64,000 nt of DNA from Takakia lepidozioides. Its lineage: Eukaryota > Plantae > Bryophyta. Below, one piece after another: positions 36,601 through 49,679 of the stretch; the first letter of the stretch is position 1; each line of letters begins with the position of its first letter. The notes under the pieces are model-generated. The model did no database searches and was not told the origin of the DNA. It worked only from the letters and a program-made list of their open reading frames with translations. Location of the stretch: positions 34,410,001 through 34,474,000 of the forward strand of contig CM060732.1 of NCBI GenBank assembly GCA_030704615.1, read 5' to 3'. The position numbers were made by a program, and so were the translations under genes.

Positions 36601-39600
36601 TCCATTTCTTTTCTCAGGGCCATCATTTCGGGAAGTCCTCTCGAGCCCTTCCTCCTCATTTGATGTCCTTTAACATAAGATCATGGAACATTAGGGGCAT
36701 TGGGTCAGATGCCACTGCCCCTAAGAGATCTAGGGTTAAAAGATGGGCCTCTTCTTTGCTTTCAGACAACTCCATAATCTTCTTGCAAGAACATAAATTG
36801 AATGATTCAAAGATTGCTTCATTAGGTCAGCTGTTTTGGCCTTCTAATCTTGCATGGTGGAATAGAATGGTGCTAGATTCGAGAGGTGGAACAGCAGTCC
36901 TGATCTCCCCAAGTCTGGCCAGCCACATCTCCGATATGGACACCTGGATGATTGGTCGTGCGCAGTTCGGCAAGCTCTCAATGCCTGGGTCAGGCAGCAT
37001 CATTGGTTTCATAAATATTTATGCTCCTAATAGCATTGCTGATAGAATCTCCTTTTGGCAATGCTTCATTATAAGATTTTATCTTTTCCAGACATTGACC
37101 AATGGATTCTGGCAAGGGATTTCAGTATGACAGACAGGACAGATGATAGGTTAGATCCTGCATCAGCCAGCCTGTTCCCTGACGAGTTGAGTGCTTGGGA
37201 AGTTTTGTGTTTTTTCTGTTGGTCTCATTGATGTCTCCATACCTAGGGATAACGAGCTGCGTTTCTCATGGACTAACTGCAAGACACCTCCGGATCTGGT
37301 CATGGCCAGGCTGGATAGAGTGTACTGTACATCGGGTATCACATCATGGGCAAACCCTTCTCCCCTGGGACCTGTGCTGCCTGACTTCGATCATGCGGAG
37401 ATTAGGACTTGCTTCATTGTTCTAGGAAATAGAGCTAAAGGGAGGGGGTATTTCAAGTTGAATCCATCCTTGCTCAAGTCTCCAGTGTTAGTTGAAGTCC
37501 TCTCTAAAGTCTGGTCCTCCACTGGTAATCAGTATGAGTCTCACACTCTTAGATTCCTTTCAAAGCTGCAGGCAGTTAGATCTAGGTCTCAAGAGCTCTC
37601 TAGAGACTTTGCCTTGGCTAGATCTCACAAAGAAAAATGTCTCCTCAAATGCCTTCATCTTTGGCAGCAACTGCTGGAAAACAAAGATGAAGGTCCTTCC
37701 ACTCTGATGAATTACAACACAGCCACCAATCTGTGGAAATTCAGACAGGACAAGGAGAATGCTCTTCGTCTCAAGGCCGGTATTAACTGGTCCCTTAAAG
37801 GTGAGAAAATGTCCAAATACTTTTTATCAAAGCAAGGCAACGAAGAATGGCATCTTCAATTGCGTCTTTGATTGGCCCAGATGGGTCTCCTGCTTCCTCC
37901 CCTAAGATTATGGCATCTATTGCTGAGCATCATTTTGCCTCTCTTTTCTCCAAGAGGGCTCCCTCCGCTGAGGCTGTAATGGCTTCGGAGGCTGTTCTCA
38001 GTCACGTCCCTGCTCTTCTCTCGGATCAGGATAAGGTGGCTTTGTCCTCCCCTCTCTTAGACCTAGAGCTTGCCAAAGCTATGCAGTCTCTACATTCTGG
38101 GAAAATGCCAGGTCTTGACGGCTTGCCAATTGAAATGTTTGCGGCTCTCTGGTCCCCTATTGTTGATGATTTTGTTGCTATGGCCCAAGATGTCTTGCAG
38201 AAGGGCATCATGCCGTCTCAAATATCTGAGGGACTTATCACCTTAATCTTCAAAAAAAGGGACAGAAACCTCATCTCCAATTATCGTCCAATCACGCTCT
38301 TAAACTCTACTTACAAAATCATTGCTAAAGCACTCGCCCTGCGATTGCAACCAATTCTCTCCCGTATCATTCGGCCTGAGCAATCTGGATTTCTCAAAGG
38401 CAGAATGATACTGGATAATATTCTGCTCATGATTCAAGGAAGCAATGCACAAGGCCAAGTGCTTGGAGCAGCCATTGGCAATCCTAATGCTAGACTTTGA
38501 AAAAACATTTGATAATTGATTGGGACTTTCTCCAAAAAATCCTAGCTAAGATGGGGATCCCCGAGTCCTTCTCTAGATGGGTTCACTTGCTGCTTAACTC
38601 CGCATCCAGCAAGTATCTGTAAATGGAGTTATCTCTAGACCCTTCTCTCTTCACAGATCAGTGAGGCAGGGATGCCCGTTGGCCCCGTACCTCTTCCTCA
38701 TAGCGGCGGATGCCCTTGGTCATTACCTTAATGCTAGGCAAGACATTGTTGGCTTAATGGTGCAGCAAGGAAAATCGATTAAAATCTCCATGTACGCTGA
38801 TGATACCACGCGAACAACGAGGACTTGCCCAATATAGCTAGAGCCCGGGAAGCTCTGCAGCTATTCTGTATGGCCTCAGGACTCAAAGTTAACTTGAACA
38901 AGTTGGTAGGTCTTCTTTCAGAACTGCCTCCATCCTCAGCCAAACAGCATGGAAACCCCTGGGGAAATGATGCTGGCCTACGTTGGCTTCCACCAGGTAC
39001 GGCTCAAACGCTGCTTGGTTTCCAGGTTGGGATTGGTCTAACTGAAGATCAGAGGTTTGAACCAACTCTCCAAAAGCTTAGAGCCAAGTTGGCCTTTTGG
39101 AGTTCGGCTATGTTGTCCATGGCAGGAAGGGCTCTAGTTCTGAACCAAATTCTTCTTGCGTCAGTGTGATACCCAGCTTCGGTTTGGTCCCCGGGTTGTA
39201 AGCTGATTGACAAGATCAAATCCATGATGAGGAACTTTCTATGGAGAGCCAACCCGCAACACCCAACCAAATGAGCTCTAGTCTCTTGGAGCCAACTGTG
39301 TAGACCAGAAAAAGAAGGGGGATTGGGTCTGATAGATCCATCTTTGCAAATAATTGCCCTTTTGGCTAAATGGATCCCAAGAGCGCTTCGTTTGGGAGAT
39401 AGCCCATGGTGTGAGTTAGTAAGGCAGCACATGGTGCTCTCCTGTCCTCCCAATTCACCTTCTTGGGTCCCCTCGCTCCAATGGCTAGTCCATGGCAATG
39501 GAAAGTCTAAAGGCTCCGGCTCTGAGGCATGGAACTCAATATGGGAAGCTTGGAAAATTCTTAGTCCGCATTTGGCTCAAAGAAGAGCAGTCTGTTTTGA

Positions 39601-41036
39601 AGAGGCAGTCAGGCAGCCCCTGTTTGGTAATGTTAATCTTGACTATGGGCCTCTGATTACCCTTCACAAGAAGTGGGCCACTTGGGAAGCCAAGGGCCTC
39701 TCTCATGTAGCCAACGTTTGGGAAAATGGTCAATTCCTAGACCCCTCTTTGCTGTCCTCCCTGGTCTCTGCTTCGTCAATCAAACATGGATGGGACCATA
39801 TCAAGGCAGGAGTCTCATGTGTCCAGCCACTATTAGAAGGAGGTGGCTGCACAGACACCGATCTTCCCTGTTGATTTGGGTGCTCGAATGGTGTTACAAA
39901 TGTGGCTCTTTTGGCATTAGGTTCTTTGGGCACATAGTGGCTGGGGCTGCGTTTCACCTCGTCCTACGATGACATGGGGGATTTGCACAAGGACTTGGCA
40001 TATAGAATTAGAGTGTTGGACGACACCTCCGGTGCTCCTGACCCCAAGCCTCCCCCAGGTGACGAGTGCAGTTGGGCCCGTTCAACATCCCTGCTTTGGT
40101 TCCTATGCTTCCCTCTCAGCAGGTTGCAATTCGATCCAGGGGAGTGGACTTGGATGGATAAAAAGAAATCCCCATTTCTAGGATACACTGTAAAAGCAGG
40201 CTATAGGATGCTCCTTGGGCAGGCCAATTTCTCTGTGAAGTGGAATAGAAAATGGTTCTTCAGCCTACAGCCTTCGGCATGGAACAAGTTTGGAAAAACA
40301 TTTGGCTCAAACAACGCTCGGCCAAAATTTGTGCTTTCGTGTGGAAGATTGCCAATAAGATCCTTCCAATGGCTGCTTCATTTCCAGATCAGGATCAATG
40401 TTGCAAGCTCTGCAACAACAATATCTCGGAAACCATGGAGCATGCTCTTGTTGAATGTCATATTTCTGCTCGAACATGGCGGCTGGTTTCGGGTTTCTAT
40501 TCTCACTGAGATCAGTTGCCTAACCTCTTGTCTCCCTTGATGTTATTAAATCTACTCTCAGATTCTATCTGGAACACTTGCCCAATCTGGGCCTGTCTGA
40601 GAGCACGCTGTGGAGTTTATGGAAGACTAGATGCAACTTTATGTTTGATGGAAGATGCCCCAACATCAGATTAGTTCTCTATAAAATATACTCTGATTTG
40701 ATTGCTGAGGGGCATAAGGCATTGGTGTCTCTGCAAACAGCTACCAGCAGGGGAGAGAAGATGTAGTTAAGTACTTGCAGAATTCGACCTCACCTGGGCT
40801 AAAGGCAGTCTCCTCTGCACCAGGCTCTCTGACACTCGAGTCGCTTGGCATGATGCCCTGCCCCGGGAATGGCAAGTCGCCAGTTGACTCTGATGCAAAC
40901 TGGAGGCACCAGAAGCTGCGAGTCTCCAAGTCCAAAGCTCAGCTGGATTTTGGGATTTAGGGGTCTCATGCTAAGATACTGGTGTATTGATGCTAGTGCT
41001 TAGCTCCACTTCCCCTCTCTTTTCCCTGTTTGCCTA

Positions 41037-41067
<31 letters not shown>

Positions 41068-41072
41068 TAAAA
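33700..41072 (+). mobile_element. Near full-length L1-clade LINE (ORF1 + ORF2 EN-RT-zf), degenerate, (AAT)n tail
   Basis: ORF1 at 34315 has a CCHC knuckle (CYGCNGEGHVKADC). ORF2 from 36663 has APE endonuclease motifs (SWNIRG, FLQEHKL, NIYAPN, ARLDRVY), RT motifs (NYRPITLLN, SVRQGCPL, SMYADDT) and a C-terminal zinc finger. The tail is TAA/AAT repeats at 41037-41072. The 5' boundary is approximate. Confidence 0.93.
34315..36036 (+). CDS. LINE ORF1p (RRM-like/DUF4283-type region plus zinc knuckle)
   Basis: GRGFYTIKF...FPWSPDW and CX2CX4HX4C, directly upstream of the L1 ORF2. Confidence 0.8.
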   Translation: MASRGVASRKKRSGTGGSSRGRGTWAPRNSSSAPAASILGKGPEIGNAAPCLDVVPWIESVAPNTDSQDIISLDLECLRAHSSKMMQHGILVHFPGRPRDKDDARKWVVEHLGAQGGLNHHFCHSMGRGFYTIKFGSKEEVDRALAFNTRKSRFKVNIFPWSPDWGHKDGATCKPRIIALLFLPDNYLPSLPEIGAHFGSYIGSLNVFDPIDDIVLSVDQDPALLDSSKDSGVPKIVVMMPEMARIGNTIKLPTLDGSFISMQIREEMLNITCYGCNGEGHVKADCPHKDKSGVRLHGGIQSTGVTLPEALSAPVKSVYLSRSLNASATVASLPTLSAGRHAKRKRTGSPSVSSPPPKPRLILLPRDQGSPPPHHPPATFDFCPFSNTLEDPLINLATRCMELRSFANLRLCDWTPENAVRRNLAVVKVTPIIYGLLNGPDQPPSILLTMGSEGLQVHGLPPIMQLTTRLPKKWSSPSSSWEISSLSSPFSSNSQITLQSTLELSGITPPSSTQPPRCTRSLFSNGRISSAMQPRQAPFLGSLRNRSRMAPLVFSLSLTAFLPPVVLLQVLKF

Positions 41073-43979
41073 ACTATTTTCCCGTAATATGAGTTTACGG
41101 CCCGAGCCCACGGCGTAACAGGACAGGACAAGCGGGATTTTATGCTTAAAAAAAAATTTAAAAAAAAAGAAAAAAAAAGGGGGCTGGGCCCACTATGGGT
41201 CAATTATGACTTGCCACGTAGACAGTCAACTCTACATGGCCCTTGTTACATGCTCCAATTTCATGACCCCTGCCTTTTCTAGAAAATATGCAGGTTGGAT
41301 AATTCATTAAAATTTGTTGCTTTCAATTTGAGAGGGTGGGCCATCCGTCAGCCTGAGCACATATTTCTGTCTTTCCGGGAGACCGTTTCTGAGTTGGATT
41401 ATATCAAAGGTGATCCTCCAAGTTAGGGTCTTTCGCAAATGACAATATTGGTGAGAGCCAACAATTTAATTTAATTAATAATACCTGGTCCGAGGAAGCC
41501 AGGCTGGGACGTAAAATTGTCACTAAGTTGTTTACAGCAATAACTTGGATATTAACTTAGTACTGACCGCGGGGACAGCTTCATCTCATAGCAAACTTAA
41601 TAATCCACAATAGAGGTGGTAAGGGAACTAATCAACTAATGATGGAATAATTAGGTCATTTAACCCATAACATGTGCGTAGAAATAAACAGTTGCCTGTC
41701 AGATTGGAAGGGATTGGTTGACCATTACTATCATCTAATACAATCTTGTGCATAAAAATATGTCTCTGGAGGCTTTTACTAGTACACAAGATGTAATACC
41801 TCAACTTAGATATCATGCTCTTGTAAATGATTACTTCCATGCTCATTTGGGTTACCTTCATGTGGTAGTAATTTCACATGACAGAATGTAGATATCAAAG
41901 AAAGTATATGCAGTACTAATTGTTAGGAACACTCATAATTAATCATGAAGTTGCTTGATTAATTTCTTACTATGAACAAAAGAGATTGAATTTTATGCAA
42001 GCCCATATTTTTAACATTTTAAATTTTTTGAAAGAGAAAAACTTTTGACTAAGATGGGAAGCGGAGCCTAGTGAACTACACTACGCAAGCGAAAACTTCA
42101 AAAAGAGAGAAAAACACTTGAAAGAACAATACGATGCTTCTATAAGTATCATATGTATCATTTTCTTGTTATCCATCATTGATTTTAAGACAATTACGGT
42201 TGGATTACTTAAAGATAAACATGATGAACTTTTTTACATCATTTGTCAATGGAACTCATTGAATTTGATAGTACCCTTATGAAATACATCATATGTGGGA
42301 TTAAGGTCATAGGAGTGAGTGGAAATTTAAGGGTCTAGGAATCCGTGGCTGAAATTTGGAAGTGATTCATTGGAGACTTAGTTTAGTAGGAGATCACATT
42401 GTTTTTCAGATGATTGATCTTTAGAAGTAGTGGATGAAGGGTGGATGACATTGTTTGTTGAGAGAAAGGGAGTCACGAATGATAGCAGATTAAAGGACAA
42501 CACACAACCGAGCTACTTTTCCATCCATTCTCTGTTGTTGTTCTCAATGCAGTGCTTTCTTGTCTTTAATGAAGTCCTTAGGTCCTTAACGTCATTAGTA
42601 GAAATTAGAGGACGCCAATTGAGTTGATGGATTTGACATGTACTCCATGGAGAGCATGCAAATGCCAAGCAATGGTGCAAAATTATGTGAGGAGATTATG
42701 CCCAAGTATGTCAATGTCAAGCGAATGAAGGTAAGGTGCGCATTGCTGGAGAAAATTGAAGTAGTTCTCAACCAGGTGGTGGATGATATAGTCAAACTTG
42801 AAGCCGAAGTATATAGAAATGGAAAACATTTGATCATGTCTATAGGTTGGCAGATTATTGGAAGCTCAAGTGTAGATGGATGGATGTTGATGAAAGTTTC
42901 ATACCTTCACGCAGTTACTGCTGTCTTTAAATCAGTTAGTAAGAAATTTCAAACTCAACTTGGAAACCCAATTATATTAGGGTCTTCTTATTGTAGCTTA
43001 CTAACAATTGATTAGGTACAAGCCCTAGTCACAATTATGTCGGAAACTTGAGTGTCATGCATTTTCCATCAACAATGTGTTGCTTCTTTTTTTTGCATGA
43101 ACCTGTTATTTTGAAACCTTTACAGTTGCTTTCTCCATTTTCCCATCTGTCACTCTCAGTAACCTACAAATCGTCTTTAATGAACTACTTACCAGTGACT
43201 AGTAATAATTGGTAATGATATAGTAGAGGGCAAGTGTGAGTTGTAGGATTTTACTTGGCCATCGAAAGCAAATGAGAGAGTAGCCCTTGTGGATGATGCG
43301 ATGGGCCTGCTATCTTTCATTTCTGGTGTCCCATGTCCTCCACCTCAATAAGCAACCCTTTACAAATCTCAAAATAGGCCCAGGGTTCATCATTCAGATG
43401 AATGCTCTTATTCAATTTGTAAAATTGGGGGATGAGTCTAATTTCCGCATTTTCAACCATTAGGAACTACACAAGAAACTTGGTCGCGAAGGTTTTTCTT
43501 TTTTTCTTTTTATTGGATTCTAGGCACACAATAGCAAATAATGGGCTCACTTCAAATTCGTCTCATAAAGGCCTTCTAATCATTAGCACCGACCGCGACC
43601 AATGACCAATGCTTATATACAAATTTGGGGAATATATGTGCTATATAAGGGCCTACTTTGGTGCGGGGATAAAGGCTTAATTCAATGGTAATCAAAGATT
43701 TTGATGAAAATTAAGAAGATGGAGATGAAGATGGATTTGAAGTTTGAACAATTAAGCTCTTATGTAGTTGTGTGGAAACGAAGCGAAACAGAAAAACCCA
43801 ACAGTTTATAACTGAAGGTGGCGGCAAAGGTGGTGACTGAAGTGACACAAGTTAGGGTTTGGCTACGTTATCAAAAGCCTTGATTGCAGTACCGCCAATG
43901 AGAGCCTAAAGTTTAGCAGCGCAACCACAAGGAACCCCCAACACGGTCCATGTTCCAGAGCCACCCAACCGAAGAGCGA

Positions 43980-44066
43980 CCAAAGAGAGGAGAGGAGAGT
44001 AGAGGAGAGGAGAGAGAGGAGAGGTAAAGAGGAGAGGAGGGACAAAGAGGAGGGGGCGAGAAGGAG
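43980..44066. repeat. Purine-rich (GAGAG/GGAGA)n low-complexity tract
   Basis: Directly visible in the sequence. Confidence 0.8.
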
Positions 44067-45786
44067 AGAACTTAGGGTGCACGATCAAAGCTTGATAATT
44101 AGAATCCGTATGTCTCAGCGTGCATCGTTCTCCCTCTAGGCATAATTCATTGTTTGATTGTTCCAGTTTCAGCAAGACTTTTGGTCGGTCTCTGCACAGG
44201 CTCTGCACTTGCCTACGGTATAGTTTCATGAATTGCGCCGAGGAGTATCAGCTTTTTCCCCTCAAAGTATCTTTGTTCAATGGTGGAGCAATATCAGACT
44301 TGACTTCACCTTGACTAAGTCAGTACTGAACAAGGTGACGTCCCACGTGTTTTTCTCACCCCCTGACCATAGCTCTATGCGCTACCTATGGTTCTATGGC
44401 TCTATGGTTCTTTTCTTTTCTGGACCTCAGTGAACAAGGTGATGTCTCGTGTGCTTTTCTCTCCTTTCTACACTACCTCACATACCTCACAGTATGTCTG
44501 ACGAGGTCCACTCATGTGCAGTACCGATGATTCCACTTTGCAGTGCATGTGAGCACGTAGTCTGTTTATTTTAGTGTACTATGTTAATGTGTCTGCATAC
44601 ATGTCCCACCTTGTAGGTCTCTATACATGTGTCGGTGTATATGTGTAACTTCAGACCTGTTCATTTTTGGTGCATAATTGTCCAGAATTTTGCATTGAAA
44701 TTAGGTTTGTCTGTGCTGGCCCAAACGACTCCATGGTAGTCCTGGGTATATACCTGCGACGTCCGATTTAATTCAGTCTGGCCCGATTACTGCAGTTAGC
44801 TACAGATTTCAATGGAAACAATGGCACGAACCAATGCCGGCCAGCTAAAGAGTTCGGCTGCATGACTAAGCGCTTCAGCCTGAGCACCCATTGAAGATTA
44901 TTAAAGATTGGCTTGGAAAGCTTGGCTGCAGAAATCCAGAGCGACAGGAGCAGGACACTTCCCAGTGCATGAGTACCGGTGATCTAGTGTGGCCCTTACA
45001 CCAACATGGCCCCCATACGACGCCCATGTATTGTTGGTTTAAGCATGCATCCATAAATACAACTTAGGGAACCTTGTAATGAGCTGTTTCTCATGCATAC
45101 TTGACACTCATCTTGGAATATAGAGCGGTTGTGTTGGTGTCAGTATCATGTCCTGGCCCATCAATTCTGATTACAGGACCTCCATGAATTGATATTCTAA
45201 TGTGAGTATAATACTGCTTGTCAACGCGGATTATTGCAGGTAGCAAGAGTTCAATGATGACAGCTGAGCGCTTCATCCTGAGCTGAGCAGCCATTGTTCA
45301 AACACCGAAAGATTTGGGTTGGATAACTTGGTTGCTCATATCCAGAGCAACAGGAGAAGGTTGTGACTTCCACATGAGCAGGACGAGGAGCAGGAATCTG
45401 CTGGCGCGTCCACCAACATGGCCCCCATACGATGCTCATGTTGGATTAAGCATCCACACCCGCTCCGTATTCAAAGATGAGGGTTAGTGTGCATTAAAAA
45501 CAGCTCAGGTTTACAACTCCTTACAAGTACAAGTTATATGGTTTTTGTGCACAATCGAATGTTGTACATGTATATAGTAAATTACACTGACGTATCATAG
45601 TATAATCAAGTGATCAGAGTTGAGTTCACACAGAGAATCGGAAGCATGGACTTCATCATGATGCGCTTTGCATTTCAAACTAATTTGTAACACGATTAAG
45701 GATCATTGGCAGTGTAGTGTATATTGTAGCTGTGAGATCTCAGTGGATAGAGCTGTGGTAACATTTGTATGTAAATTGTCCGCAGC

Positions 45787-48240
45787 TTCCTACATAGACT
45801 ATTCAGCAATTTTCGGTCTGGAGGCACCGGCAGGTGTGTATGTGAAGGAGCTACAAATACCCAGAACGGCGATTGGTAGTGTGTTTGGGCAAGACGGATC
45901 AAATGCGGAGGCTCTGCAGGCCAGACAACCTGGAAGAAACCAAGTGCATGGGCGCATTAACGAAGACACCGCCGACTTCTTGGAGGGCTTCTCTGGAACA
46001 GCTTCGGTTGTGGTCACCGCAGACTCAGAAGCATCGGTCGCCAACATCGCTGCTCAGATTGAAAATATAGTGTCGTTCACGGTTCCCGAACGTTGTCTCA
46101 CATGCGTCGACAGCTCGAATTATTCATCCATTGAGACGCTGAACTTCCGACTCCTTCCTCAAAGGACGGAGTGTGATTTCCTGGTGTTTCGATCAGTAAG
46201 CCACAGTCGTTCCGATGATCCTTCCACAAGTTGTGCCATAGCCAGAGATCGTCTCAATCCAAACTGGGAGAGAGTAAGATATGAGAGAACGATAACGGAA
46301 GGGCTCAAGAAGAAGGCGATTTGCACTCAGGCCCCATCTGAAACTTCCGAGGGTGGTGTGGCGCCCAGAGGTCTCAAGTTGGTGGTCTCAGTAGGGAAGA
46401 TGCTATTCAAGTGCAAACGCCCTCATCAGATCTTTTCATTTAGTTCGCCTCTTGAAGCATGCATGCGAATAACAAAGTTCAATAAAATGCTTGATAGCAA
46501 CAGGTTACACCGTTGGTTTTTCACCGACAGAAACAGCCGAGAGGGGGTTCGCAAGCTTCGGGCTTACTTGGAGGACGGTACAGGGGATCACAATAAGTAT
46601 GAGCTAACAAAGAGCATTCAAGGTACCCAAGTGGAGATCTGTTTTGTTGATACCACAAACCAAGAGAGATTTCGCATTTCGATACAGAAACAAGTGAAAC
46701 TGTCCAAGGGGATCAAGCGTGCAAGTCTTATTAAACATAATGAGGACCAACTGCTGGAGAATCAGGTAAATCCGAATGTTCCAGCTCTCCAGGTCTACTC
46801 CATCAACATGACATTTCAAGTAATCTGCCCCCAAAGTCCTTTGATGTTTGCACTTTACGACCAACACAGATTGTGGATATGGAAGGTGTTACGGTTGTCT
46901 GAAATCCATGATCCATGATCCACTGTCCAAAAACAATGATCCACTGATCCACTGTCCAAAACTTGTATACTATCGATTCTAAGGAACTATTCATCAAACC
47001 CACGCTGGACTCCTTCGGAGCACCTGATTTATGCTTCGGTTATGACCAGGTGGGCGCCATTCTTTGCAACATTGGTGAGGATATCGGATCCGCAGCTCGA
47101 CTCCATGCTGAGAGTGCTTCGGACACTCCTCTGAATGTCGCTTCATTGCTTAATGCAGAAGCATGCCATGATACTAAGCCTAAGACAGCAACTTTTGAGG
47201 CAATTGAAGCTGATCAGAGCTTGACTACTGTTTGGATCCTCACCAAATTCAAGCGACAGTCCAAAAGGTTGACCGAGGTAGTTTTTCTCCGTGAAGGCAT
47301 AACTGCAATGGACTTTCAACTCAACACCGATACCAAAGAGGTAGATCCATTTCTCACTCTCCGATCGACTTTCCTACAGGTGCATAACTATACATGTATA
47401 AAGTTGTTCGATCAACAAGCTTTTGCTTGATCAATAAAGTTCTGGTGTACGTGCTCGCATTGCATGTTCTTGTGATGGGCACCGGTAATATCTTACTTGA
47501 ACGGGGTCAGATGATCAAAGCATGAATGAGATCATCACTGCACATCTATAAGTCCTCAAATGCTGTTTTTGAATGAGATGAGTTCAATCACGACAATCCT
47601 GACAAAATTTATGGAGTCGCATATTTGGACGGTCGCAAACATGCTGTCGTCTTTCTGCCGTGAGATCTTAATATATGTTGTGCCAGGATAGTTCTCCCTA
47701 CAGTGCTGAAGTATGTACTACAACATGGAGTTGTGATCATCACCATGCGATCCCCACAGAAACATCAAGTGAGCTACGTTTTGAATTGAGTTCTGTGCCT
47801 CCTGAAGAGCAATTCTCTGTGCTTTGCAGGCGAGTCACAGACCAGGAAAAGATATATGGGACTGGATTCAAGCTGCATATGGAGATTGGTTGCGTTTCCA
47901 ACTCGAGGAGCCTGCAAGGCATCCCCAATTTTCTCGCTTTCAGATTGTGTCTGCCCGTTACATTGAGGAGGAACAGACCTTTACGAGCCACAAGCACAAG
48001 GTGAACCTGTGCAAAGTCACCGAATTCCGACGATTGCCTGCATTGGGGGCGGGATTCAACAGTCCAACCGGCCCCGCGCTCGAAGTTCGAATCCGGAACC
48101 TGGAGATACAGAGGATGTGTCAGGGGGGGACAGAGCAGTTAGCCTTGGATATTGATGGCTTAATACTCCAATATCTCCATAAGCTTGTAGGGGAAGCCAA
48201 GAATCTTACTGATGTCATGGGCGAGTTTTCGCGCGTCTGA
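45787..48240 (+). CDS. Multi-exon gene of unknown function with an N-terminal KH-like (GxxG) RNA-binding motif; possibly disrupted
   Basis: LQIPRTAIGSVFGQDGSNAEALQ fits a KH type I motif. Open segments 45787-46765 (CAG|GT donor), ~46963-47379 and 47830-48240 have plausible splice sites. The first exon and the second acceptor are unresolved. Confidence 0.55.
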
Positions 48241-48734
48241 ATCCATGAGACTTAACTCTATGCGCATCTAGTGCCAAATTCCAGTCGAGTCTGTTAGAAG
48301 GGTTGAGAGACTCTGGAACGCTGAAAGTAGTAGTCCTCTCAGTTGTTTAAGAGGAATAAGTTGCTTGGAGGTTCAGGAGCCCTTGCAGACAGCAGTCCTC
48401 ACAGTAAGTCAGGTTTAATTTGTGTCGAAGTGCATAACTATCCGGCTGCAAGCCTTCTTTCAGACATTATAATTTGGCCAAATAGTTTTTGAAAGCCTCC
48501 CTACCACTCACACGCTGAGCATGTCTGTTGTCATGGCATTCGTGATATCTCAAGTTACTCAGACAAGTCTTGTTAACACACATCTTGATCGCACACTTTT
48601 TTCTTTTTTTTAATTGCACACTCAGGAGACTCCACCTTGATGGCAGCTGGCCCAGCACCTTTCTGGCCTCTGGCAGCAACTTTGCCTGAGGCACTGCAGG
48701 AAGCCAGGTTGGTTCAAAGTTGTCTTCAGGGGGC

Positions 48735-49150
48735 ACACTTAACATAAAAGAAAGCAGTTGGCCTCACATTTACCACGTCCTCTGAAATGCCAAAGAGTTT
48801 GGCAAAGAAGAGTGGGTCACTCAAGGAAGGTGGAACTCCGGTCTCTTCCACAACTTCACAGATGATGCCCTCAAACATTGTTTGTGCAACTGCTTCGTTG
48901 ATCTCGCTCCGAGCCTTTGGAATGTAACCTTCTATTTCCCCCTCTTGAGACTCAGAATGACCACCAGGAAAGACCAGGTGATCTGGAAATTCACCTAAGA
49001 TAGAACTACAAGAATCTGGCAGTCACTCCCATTCATCACCCAAATTGGTTCCCACAAATGTCTTGTAGTCTGTGAGGCCTGGAAAGGCCAAGGCACACAG
49101 TTGTGAGCCGTCTGTCTCCCCACGATTCCAATTCATACTCGAAGTTTTGT
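48735..49150 (-). pseudogene. Intronless fragment of plant Nudix hydrolase 9-like gene
   Basis: The minus strand translates as GLTDYKTFVGTNL...GEFPDHLVFPGGHSE...MFEGIICEVVEETGVP...DPLF...GIS...NVRPTAFFYVKC. It has stops and an internal deletion. Confidence 0.8.
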
Positions 49151-49189
49151 GACATACTTTAAGAGACTTTGAGCATAATCAAAATAGGT

Positions 49190-49592
49190 TTAGGAAGAAC
49201 CTTGTTTTCACGGGAGTGTTCAGCTTTCGAGGCCTCATTCCAAAATCAATGAATGCTTTGTGCCATTCTTGACATCCCTTCCCTGACTTATTAGGCCAAG
49301 TGATGCATTTCTAGATCTCAGCTTGTGCACTCTTGATGGAAACATACCTCATACCTTTGCACACCTTTTCATCATTTGTAGCATATGATGTAGCATATTG
49401 GCAACCCTAGACTTTCATAGCTTACAAGAGTTCTAAATGCCATTGTCATAGTGGCCAGATTTGCTGCTCATCTTCGACGCAGCAAATGACCTTATTTGTG
49501 AGGAGAACTTCTCAAGACATTGCGGTAATTTTACTGCCATAGCTGCTCCAGTAGTTTCAGTGGCTTCAAACAACCCAAGAGTGACATGTAGG
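49190..49592 (-). mobile_element. hAT transposase fragment
   Basis: HVTLGLFEATETTG ... DEKVCKGMRYVSIKSAQ...KCITWPNKSGKG.QEW...RPRKLNTPVKTR. Confidence 0.8.
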
Positions 49593-49679
49593 CTATGTCA
49601 AACATAAGACAACCCAAATGAATTGATGCAAGTAGACCAGCTTTCGAGAATCACTACCATGCACTCATTAGCATGGAAT

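Noticed and set aside
41100-44300. Possible DNA-transposon remnant (ORFs 42595-43015)
   Set aside because: No diagnostic motif or termini found.
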